Positions 51,404 to 61,900 of a DNA stretch of 64,000 nucleotides are shown in pieces; the first letter of the stretch is position 1; each line of letters begins with the position of its first letter. The DNA lies in the NCBI GenBank assembly GCA_965655095.1, contig OZ296651.1:117490001-117554000 (forward strand), given 5' to 3'. The translations under genes and the position numbers were made by a program. Below the pieces are notes generated by a model. It made no database searches and was not told the origin of the DNA. It was given only the letters and a program-made list of their open reading frames with translations. The DNA is from Haplodiscus bocki (Eukaryota).

Positions 51404-51447
51404 GCCGCCATCTGGTAAATTTCGCCGTCGCCTCCACTGGGTGGTCA
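51404..51447 (+). other. Y-type right terminus of unit C (..ccgtcgcctccaCTGG-gtggtca)
   Basis: Matches 33369-33412. CTGG at 51437-51440. Confidence 0.65.
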
Positions 51448-53620
51448 GGGATGTAACCTTCTTAGAATCCGAGGCCGGGTAGGGTCCCGCTGCCGAGGTT
51501 AAAAAATAATCGATAAATTTTCATCATACCGCATGGTAGGTCTGGGAAGCCGATCTCGGGTCCTACCCGATAGAATTTATTCATATATTGCATGCGGTCC
51601 TAAAATGGCGAGGTTAGAAAGGGGAAGAGGGAAAAAACTTTTTCCATTCACAACGTGATGAGTTATGACGGAATGATAGTGTTTTTTGCCCCAAATTTGA
51701 ATTCTCATCGGTCTAGTTCCACATCTACCCGATACAATTGGCCCAAATTTTGTGTGTGAGGCACAAATGATTTCAACAATTTGCATGCCAAAAATTTTTG
51801 GCCCAGCCCTTTTCGTTCGGGAAATAGGCGCTGATGAATTTTTAGATTTTTGCAAAAAATGCGTCATTCCGTCAATTTTGATCGCCAAAAACAACTATTT
51901 CTCGTGCGCTAGCCTTCGCGAAGGGAGCCAAAACTGAACCGGCAATTGATTTTGATTCGCCAAAAATTTTCGGCCAAAATGCCGAAAAAAAATGACGGAT
52001 ATGACGGGAAGAAAATGACGGAAATGACGGATTTTTTTTCAAAAAAAAAATTTTTTTTTTCGGAAATGTTCTTTTTTTTGCGCGTAGAATGCGCCTAACA
52101 ATGTTACACAGTCTCTAGACCAGTGATTGTTGACAGTTTGACCGTAGTATACCTCGTATGAGATGTTTTTTTTTGGGAAACACAATTTTGAACTGGTTAG
52201 GCATTACTGATGTAACCTACCATTTTTTCATTCATACATTTTTTTCGCATTAAGTACAATGTCATACATATTTTAAATCTTGGATCAGAGCTCTCTGTTG
52301 GTTGTAGAATGTAAAAGGTGCTTCCAATACGTGTCATGCCTTTTGAAAATATAAAAAAAAATTGGCAATTTTTTGCATTCAATTTCAATTATTTTTGCAA
52401 GAAATTTTGAGTTTGTTGTATTATTGTTCTCAGCAAATTAGACGTTCTTTCGTTTTCCCTGTCAAGTTTGTTCGTAGAAACTAGCAGTGTATGTTTTTTT
52501 CAGGGTTGCATTGCATGAGTTGAACTTCTTTTTGGGCAGTGTACGTTGGAGTGTGTTATGTATTTGTTAAACGTTGCAGTGCCTTACGTATTTGTTAACT
52601 GGTTGGACAGTTTATAGTTGGCGTTCAACAAGAATTACTTTGGCAATCGACAAAATTTACATGGGGACTACATTTACGCATGAGGTTGTTTTGTTTGGTG
52701 TCCAACCCCAACACTCCTCAGTCTGTTATGGTTTTGAAACGTTTTTAACTAATCGTTTTTTTTCAACTACTCAAAGTCTTGCTGAAATCAGCTATGCATG
52801 GTAGCTTCGCCAGTAAAAGGGAAGTCTAGAATGAAAAGGTTAATAAATTAATCGATGAAGTTCATATATTTATTTGACTGAATAATTTGAATTCAATTGT
52901 TCCAATCCGAATGAAAAGTATGTATTTGGGTCAGTTTTCATCTTTACATAGGCTATCCTCTGAGATTTTGGAATTCTTTTCCACAGACTGCTTCGGTGTA
53001 ATGCATCTGGCTTTTCAAAACTTTTCCTCCACTGAATTTTGTAGATGTAGGCTCTGCCACTGAGTGTTTGTACAAAATCTTGACGAATCCCTTTTTCAGA
53101 AAATGGTGTACTCAGTTTGTTTCACTTTGTTGATGATTTGCTCTTGCTCATCGACCGTTTTGGGAAAAGATGGACTTCTTCCTGTGAACAATGTTGGACA
53201 AGTCTCCAGCTCAGACGTCACCGTTGGGGAATTTTATGTTTCGGTGTTTCTTCATGATCAGTTGCAGTTCTTGAGGACCGCTAATTCTGGTGATGTTTCG
53301 ATGACTCGCCGAATGTTACTTCTGTTTCTCTTGAGGAGTGGTATAGAAACTAATCCTGGTCCGCCGAAAAAAAAAGAAATTTTGCAGAGAGCCCAGGAAG
53401 TGCGTAACGTGTGGGCGTTTCTATGGCAGCAAGGACTGCTCTTGTTTCCATTCATGCATTGAAAGAGCCTCAGCTGGTGAAGACTATATTGATCGGTCGC
53501 TGTCTTCTGCGCCTTTCAATAACCTGAGTCTTTTCTCGAACGTGCCGAATTCAAAAGCTTTTTCCTGCGCAAACGCTAATTTGACGAGAATTTGCATTGA
53601 TTTTGGAATCGAATTAAGAA
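51448..53620 (+). mobile_element. Unit D: left part of another element, RepHel start on + strand, truncated at 53620
   Basis: Junction cgggtagggtcc as in A, subterminal block at 51550-52040, and an N-terminal Zn knuckle homologous to B/C RepHel. Confidence 0.7.
53103..53620 (+). pseudogene. Hydrophobic leader + 2A-like GIETNPGP + RepHel N-terminus (frameshift in A9 run 53367-53375), truncated
   Basis: Removing one A gives NPGPPKKKKFCREPRKCVTCGRFYGSKDCSC...LSLFSNVPNS, resembling RRRCAKCGRFSERNHSC...LGILYSIADS of B. Confidence 0.65.
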
Positions 53621-54888
53621 CCGAGCTTCATAAATCAAGTTTACACCTAACCGGACCCCCCCGAAAAGGAGACGATCTCGAAACCTAACCATACGATTTC
53701 GATCAAACTTTGCATGTGGATAGAGTCTGCCGATGTATGAAGATTTTTGGCACTTACATCATTTTCTTTTTTTTCGTTGGGGAGATATGACGCAATGATC
53801 CTGTTTTTTGGCAGGTTTCGATGTATTTTTCGCAATATCTCCACACTTTAACCATAGCATTGGACTCAAATTTTTTCTGTGAAGCACAATTGTTGTGGAC
53901 TACCTACATGCCAAAAGTTTTTGGCCAGGGCCTTTTGCCCTAGGAGATATGACCTTTCAAAGTTGTCAAAAATAGGCCAAAATCGACCAATTTGTCATTT
54001 CTCCCACGTTGATGTTAAAAAAGTGATGTGAGCTTTCGTCACAACGTGACGGGACCTGTGTCAAATGAAAAAAAAATTTCCGACAAAAAAACAGTTTTGG
54101 TCAAATTGCCGAAAATAATGACGGCTATGACGATTTTTTGTGGAGGAAAAAAAACAGGTAAAAAGTCAGTTTCTCCTCTACTTCATCTGAAATCCGTCAA
54201 CTTTTTGAAGACGGGAATGAAGCTTTGCTGAAATTTCATACTCAACTATTAGGCTGGGAAACTGTCGGTAACACAAGTTTTAACTTGGGCCAATTCAAGG
54301 AAACTCGCTGCAGTTTTTTTCTTTCAATTCCAAATTATTTGTAATAGAAATTATGAAGATTATGTTATAGTTATACATAACTGTAGCAACTTTTTTTTGT
54401 CTCAGCGGACATTGAATTAGATTTGAGGTGACTAGTTACAAGGAGCTGCACAAACTTTTTTCTGAATGACCCATTGAATTTTTAATGAACATTATACGTA
54501 CCAACAACAGAAAACAACTTAAACTGTGCTAAATAAAGTTCACTAGTAATACAAAGTGAAATCTCAGTTTAACTGCAAATGAATGGTAGCAACACTTGAA
54601 AATTCAATTGAATGCACGTAGAAAAAATGCACTTCATGACAACTCTCTTTTTCTTAAACGACTATTGATCTTTTAATTTTGGGCAAACACCTTACGGTCG
54701 AATGCCTTGTGACAGTCGATGTTGCATGCAAACAACTTTCGGTAGCTTGCTGAATGATTCACTGCACCTTGTTTTAATTGTCTCTAATACCTGTGTTGAG
54801 CCTGTACTTAATTTGTAACTGTAGTAAAAACTATCACAACAGTGATTGATATAAGATTTGTTTGAGTTTTGTTGGTTCAATGAAGTGT

Positions 54889-55920
54889 TCATCTCATGTT
54901 GTTTGCATTGTCACTTGCCGGCAAACTTGCGTTAGCGTGAAAAAGGCGTGGTGGCTGGTTTGTATCGTCTCCAGTCCAGGGAATTACATTGTACTTCAAG
55001 TTCACAGGGATCTCAGTCGCTGGAGTGATCCGACAAATTCTTACCCTTTGAACATTTTGGGCAATGTTTTCTTCTGTCAAAGCAGTTTTGTAGAAGCCTG
55101 ACACTCTCCATCCACCATTGTTATTAACATGGTTAGCAACACGCATGACAGCTTCTCTCAAAAGTCCCCTGTCAATTGATGTGTATGCCGATCTAATGAT
55201 AGCTTCCTCACAAAAAAGTTTGGTCAAAGACAAACTTTGCAGAATATCCCCTGTTAGAGGATCATCGTCTTCGTTCAATATGTCCTGACTAATTACCCTT
55301 GCTGACATTACCCATGCCGACAAAGTCGATTTTTGCAAACATGCACAAATGCTTTCGTTTTTTCTATTTCTTCTGTCGCACAAAAAACCTGAACAAGTCG
55401 GAAACACAGGAATTGCGTGCAGAAACGAAAGGGGTCGATGTGGGAGACAGAAGTGGAACGTTGCACCCGTCGAGGGATTCAAATCGATAGGAACAGGCTC
55501 CATTGGCAGGTCGTCGGTAACTACCTCTAACGGAAGAGACACGTTGAAAATTGGATTGGTTCGATCGTTACCAAGGCAGGAGTTGGAAAATATTGCTTCT
55601 TTCACATCAACGATGGCACCAATAGTTAATTTTCGGTCAGCAAAAAGGAGTGAACTTTTCTGCGCAGAATCGGGTATTACTGCAAAGCATTCTCGCGTTT
55701 CCATTTCGCCGATGATGATTAGGCGATCATAGTTTGTGTCAGGGGTCAGTCTTTTAGCTTTTACAGTTTGCGGTCGAAATAACTGTAGGGGACGATCAAA
55801 TTTTTTAAAAACCAAAACAACACCTCGGATATATGTGTTCTCACTGTTGCGCAAGAAGTTGGGAGCAGTTATTTGGGCCGTATTTACACGGGTGGTCATC
55901 ATCTGGAACAATCTCTTCAA
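54889..55920 (-). CDS. Intact accessory ORF2 (343 aa from the TTG start, first ATG a few codons in), putative OB-fold/Zn protein
   Basis: Uninterrupted ORF with homologues in A and B. The fold is inferred only. Confidence 0.8.
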   Translation of the reverse strand: MKRLFQMMTTRVNTAQITAPNFLRNSENTYIRGVVLVFKKFDRPLQLFRPQTVKAKRLTPDTNYDRLIIIGEMETRECFAVIPDSAQKSSLLFADRKLTIGAIVDVKEAIFSNSCLGNDRTNPIFNVSLPLEVVTDDLPMEPVPIDLNPSTGATFHFCLPHRPLSFLHAIPVFPTCSGFLCDRRNRKNESICACLQKSTLSAWVMSARVISQDILNEDDDPLTGDILQSLSLTKLFCEEAIIRSAYTSIDRGLLREAVMRVANHVNNNGGWRVSGFYKTALTEENIAQNVQRVRICRITPATEIPVNLKYNVIPWTGDDTNQPPRLFHANASLPASDNANNMR

Positions 55921-57242
55921 GCATCATCTTACACAACGCGGTTTACACAATGACATTTTTTTAACCTATTCAGGACGCAGAACTAAGTGTTCTCAATAAA
56001 CAAAACAAAGAAGATGAAGTTGAACATGATCAAATACAACTTCATTAATTTTCCACGTTTCAGTGAGAATTGTTAGTATACATTAAAAGGTTCGATATTA
56101 AAGTTGTTGCTCTTTTTTTACATTGAAAAAATTTACATGATTATTTACATGATGCCACGCAAAAGGTGGAACTGACTTTTTTCAACTTTTTTTTCACGTT
56201 TCAACGGTCTGAAAGTTCAGTCAATAGTAAATGAGGGGTATGTTTGGTCTTAATTACATTCTTCAACGAACTTTCACTGAACAATCATGGCTGCAAATGC
56301 AAATGAAAAGAGTATACGTATTGAAAACGTGTTAATTCAGGATAAAATTGAAGTTCTTTGTGGTAACCAGTCTAACATGAAACTAAAATCTTTTGAAAAA
56401 TGATTAATTCATTGCACAGACAATGATAGCAACTTGAAAGAAATGAAACAATCGACAGTTTTTTGACTTAAGCAAATGAAGTTGAATCGAAGCTACATAA
56501 AACGATATTTCAGGGGAAGTAATCTGCGGAATGTTCCATTTCAATGAGAATTTCAATTAGGTACAAAAAATTAACAGAAATAAAAACAACGCCGAACAAA
56601 AAGCAACATTCAAGGGTTTAGCAGTATCCATGGGTTTAGCAGTATTCACTTTATGGAGAAACGTATGTGAAAGAAACTAGCATACATAAAAAACAACGCA
56701 ACATACCAAATTCAAAGGTTTACCGGATTAAAATGACATTTACTCAAAAAATCATTGAATTTTGTTGAGAAGCTACAAAAAAATAAAAACTCAGATCACT
56801 TTACAGTCGATTCCAATTGTATGCACAGTAAAACAACCAATAACTCCTATTTGTTTGCTGCATGATAAAATAGGAATATCTGTTTAATCGAATATGCCGA
56901 AGGAAGCCTTCAAAACCTTGGTCGTCCAGGTTTCCCACAACACTTTTATTTCTTTTTCATTTGGAAAATGATGTGATTGCTCTCAGAACCCCAGTCGACA
57001 TTGAGCAGGTGTACGTATTCTGCGACGCTCTGTTAAAAGAGTGGGCATTAAACAATTACAATTGATCACAATTTTGTCGACCACATTATGAAAACTTTTC
57101 AGTCAACTTTGATATTTTAAAAGAAACTAAGAAGAAAGAAAACAAACACGCCATTACCAAAAAATCTAACACAGGGTACCATGTTAGAGACTGCGTTCAT
57201 TAATCAACAACTACTTCACGAAAGCTTTGTTACTTGTACTTA

Positions 57243-58011
57243 TCACAGGTCAGAAAAATGTGGTACAGTACCCAAAACTCTTTTTCTTAGAATGTACATC
57301 AAGTTGGAAACACCGTGACGAGATAAATGCACGCCATCCATCAAATTCCTCTCGGAGCTCATTTTGCTAGCCACCGACAAAAAATTGTATTGACCCGAAG
57401 AGTTTCTGAGTCCATCGTTCACCCTTTTGATATCTAGGAGGCAACGTTTGGATCTCATGACAAGAGCCAGACAGTATACTGTGTAACACATTGGAGTGGC
57501 CAGACGCACGAGGTACATAATGTCTCGAACCACCTAAGATTTAACAAAATTTTTTGAGGTGAACATGCACTTCGTTTGATTTTGTCGAACTTTCTTCAAA
57601 TTTTGGAGGAAAAAAAAATGAAAATACTTTCAGTTTCATTTGACGCTCAGCTTTTTGATAGAAAAATTTTTTTCGCAGGGAAATATCACCTGCCTATCAA
57701 TTCATGCACAATGCACCTTGATGTTGCAATGAGTATTTTCCTGAAAATGTTTTCAGTCGCGACCAACTTGACATTCTGTTGAACAAATCACTCACTTGCT
57801 CAGGAGTTTTTCCCCGCTGTCTGCCCCTGCTTGTAAGTGCATTTGCCCCGATGAACAGAATGATTGATTCATAAAACGTTGTTAGGTTTCTTAAACAGTC
57901 AATTACCGGATGGCAAGATGCCGTGGCACCAGGGAAAAACTTCACTTCCAGGTTTTCGTGCTTCCTGACAAGTCTTCTGCCAAGAGAATCAGCTATGATA
58001 AGATGTCTCAT
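57243..58011 (-). CDS. Two-exon SGNH esterase-like protein (exons 58011-57796 and 57533-57243), DGVH motif intact
   Basis: ADS / G / GAN / DGVHL blocks; same splice signals as in B. Confidence 0.82.
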
Positions 58012-58924
58012 TTAGATCTGCAGAACGTTGAAAAACAAAGACAAGGGGGGACGACAAAAAAAACGACAATTAACGATTCCAACATCATAGGTACACTATG
58101 ATGGAACACAGAAGATAAGTGTCATTAGCATTAAATTGGAGTATAAAACGCAAGAGCTGAAAATATCATTGTTCCAAAAGCTCTAAATATATATTTGCTC
58201 ATTTGAGTGTGTCTGCTTTTTGGTATAGAAGTTTCACTAAGGTTTCACTAAAGGTTTCACCTTGCGGTCGAAACAGGAAGAAGTACAAGGCTTTTATCAT
58301 ACACTATCTGGGAGTATATCGTTATTAGGACAAACAAAAAAGAAAGTGTTCGATTAAGCATACGTTAAAAATGCAGTGCAAAAAGTTAAATTTTCTAATC
58401 AATCAACTTTACTAACAGTGGGCAATCAGGAACGTTCTTTGTTAAGGGGCAGTTTAAGAACACCTAATGTACCCATTTCAATGTTCCAAAAAGCATGTTG
58501 AAAGTGCAGCAAACTTTTTTCCGCAAATGAATTTTGTCGAGAAAGTTTTGTATTAAACTTACTTAAACGTTGAACTCTATGGAAAACAGTACGTTGGCTA
58601 AATATTCTGTAGACTACTCTCAAAGGCGTCAGAAATCGAACAATTGAATTGTTGTAAATAGCAAAAGAAAAAACATTTAGAAATAACAAATTCAGCGTTC
58701 TTTAAACACAGCAAAAAGCAAAAACACACATACTAAAAACATTATACGTGCACCACTGGAAACCACCGGGGACATTGAAGATATACGTTGGACGTTTAAA
58801 AATTCATTTCATGTGTTGAATAAATAATGAACTTCAGGTTTTTTTGTGAGAAAGCATTCATTTCGTCACATTTCACAGTCGGCGAAGCATTTGATAAGTA
58901 GTTTGTCAGTGTTTCTCTAAGGTA

Positions 58925-61900
58925 CTAAAGTAATATGGGCTGATTACAGCAAATTACCAATTTCAAGACATCTTCTTTATGAGGCCAATTTATGATTAAG
59001 TTTTCTGCTGTTGACAATGCATTCGGGAGGGAGATGTTCTTCTTCCTCAAGTTAAGCACTTTAGTAAGCCACCGTTTTTCAAAAAACCTTATTCTCTCCG
59101 TTGAGCTGCTTGGAAGAAAACCAGTCACGTAAGCACACAAAACCCAAGGTCTTCGAGAGGGATCCTGTGTGAATGATGCTCCCAAGCCAACATTATCTTC
59201 ACGAATTCGTCGATTGAGGCACATTGTTGAACCAATATATAACAAGTTGTTTTGCGGGACGCTCTGAATAAGGTAACAGTAGCCAACATTCTCCTGCGGT
59301 ATACTGATGGTTGATGGAAAAGGGTTTGTAGCACCATGGAAGCTCGTTGGGTCACGGGAAGAACACTTCTGGAGGATTTCGGAAGTCAGCTCCGACCACT
59401 GTGACTTTTTACACAGCAAACTCAGAATGGCTCCTTCGTTCGACTGCTTCGATCCCACGAAAGTGATGTCCGCCAGTGATCGAACACGACTCATTACTAC
59501 GTATAGTTGCTCTGGCAACCAAAGTGAAAACTCTTGGGCTCCAACAATCTGCGTGGCAACTGTTGGGAGTGTTTCGCCCATAGTTTTATGAATAGTTGAC
59601 GCCACGTACAATTTGAGGGGGAATTGGATTCTGCGACAAATAGTTCTGTGGTTTAGACGAATGTTCACTCCAATTTCTTTTGCAAGGACAATACATCTCC
59701 AGGTACTTCGAATTACAGAGAGTGGTGGAATGGATCGGCAACCAGCAGGTGCCAAGGCAACAGTTACTGTTCCGTTGTCAGCCAATGAGTCCAGGGAAAC
59801 CAAAACACAGAGTTTTCCTTGGAAAGCCATCACATTTGGCTTGTTAACGGTGAGTCGGAGAATTGCTCCAGGGAACAGAAACAACGATTGTGGCTCCAAA
59901 CATTTCTTGTTTAAAAATTTTGTCGCCGCTCCAGAAGCTTCTATCCAGTTATCCGTACTTGACACACACATTTCATCTGTCGATGAACTTTCATGGAACT
60001 GGGAACCACTGTCTTTCACTTGACAAATTTTCTTTAATGTCGCATATTTTCTGCTGTGCGAGTAGCAAAAATTCTAATTGTATCATTTGGTACGTCATCC
60101 CAACATTTTACGAAATTGCAATTTCGCTCAATCAAATTCCAAATTTGCTTTCCGATGGGAGGTGTTCTGGGAAAAGTTGACATGAGTGACAAAACTTTCT
60201 GACCTGCTTCGTTTTGTATACGCACAAAGTGCTGGAGGAAACTAAAATGAAAAGTCGTTAAAGGGAATGAAGAACTGATCAGGCAACTTCCTTTTGGTGG
60301 AGGAAGTTGAAAAAAATCTCCTGTTGCAATGATTAGTTTCCCAGCAAATGGCACGTAGTTCGAGCAAATGATTTGGAAAACGTGGTCCGTGGCAGCCCAA
60401 AGTTCACTTGAGATCATCGAAATTTCTTCAACGAACAATACATCCAAATTCTGGAGAAACCGACTTTTGTCCGGTGATTTCTGCAAGCTGGACAAAGCTA
60501 CTCGAGACAAAGAATTAACAGTTCCATTTTTTTCCACCGGGAAAGGAATGAGAGCGTTCAGATGCTTCCCACCTAAAGTAGCCGACCTTTCGGCCGCCAG
60601 CGAAGTTACCATGCAATTGAGTCCTTGACATATTGCATAACTCAGACCTCTCAGCATGATGAACGTTTTTCCCGTTCCTGGTGCCCCTGCAATGATTTGA
60701 TGTCTGACGAAATTTTGTGTTCCTCCTCTGTACAAGTCCACCATTTCAACTAAATGTTTCAAAATTTCACTCTGTTCACAGTACGACTTCACTGTCTGGC
60801 CAGGATGTCTACCAAAGTCCGGTTTCCAAACAACGGGTGCAGTTAGGGAAGAGTCTATCATACTTTCTTCGCTTGGAAGTCCCATTTGACATGTGTGTAA
60901 GAACTCTACCAATCTACTCTTGTTCATTGTCAAATCTACAGCAACATTTTCTTCGGAGTCGGCAGAGATAGTGCGATCCAAAACAGCTGGTACCCCGGAT
61001 GCAAAATACAAATTGTTTTCTAACAGTGCCTCTCCTAGAACACTATTTGCCATCAACAAATACTTGTCAATGAGTTTACAGGATCCTGGCACAAAGCGGA
61101 GCTGTTGCAGTAGGTACCGGCGAGCTAGTTGAAGGACGACTGCTACAGTAATGTTGTTACGCTCGACCAGTTTGGCAGCTACAAAAGCTTCCCTGAAAGA
61201 GGAAACAGAGAGAATGTCCAGTTCGGTGTCAAACGAACCAAAAGTTAGCACAAAGTGCAACAAGAACTTTGTTGGACTACTGGGCAGATTATTTGTGAAA
61301 ACCACTATGGCTTTTTGATCTGAGAAACAAAGATTGTACGCTACTAGTCTGGGGCAACTGTTGGTTCCTTGCAATTTGGGGACAATGTGTTTGCGGCACT
61401 CCTCTTTCAAAAATTCGTCTCTCGGCTTATCACTTCTTGTTGCACAGAAATCAAGAAAATCGAAGATAGCGGGTGGGCGTATCTTGATGACGTATCCGAG
61501 GCAATCAACCCAAAAGTCATTACACGATGCACGGCTCAACAAAATCTCATGACTACTTTTCCCTTTCGAAATGTTGTTTTTGAGTCTAACGAAGCAACTG
61601 AAATAACTTTTCAAACTGCTCACAAAGAGAAGCTCCGGTGGTCTCAACCCAAAAATGGTCACTTTGTCAGGCGTAATCGAACTCGCTTCTACATCTGCCA
61701 ACAACAATTCTTGATTTTTTGTTAATTGTCGATGTTTTGGAAGCTTCAGGACGTTTTTCCGAATTCGAACAGCTCCGGCAAAAACAGCACTGAAGTTCAT
61801 GGTGCTCGCAGTATATTTTTCTATCACTATTCCTGATCTGAATTCTTTGGGAACTGTTGGTACATGAATGAAATCTACGTTTGTGCAAACGTACGGCAAC

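Larger units (their letters stand above)
33413..51447. mobile_element. Unit C: Helitron-like element, ~18 kb, intact RepHel on - strand
   Basis: Junction motifs at both ends and an uninterrupted 2683-aa ORF. Confidence 0.88.
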
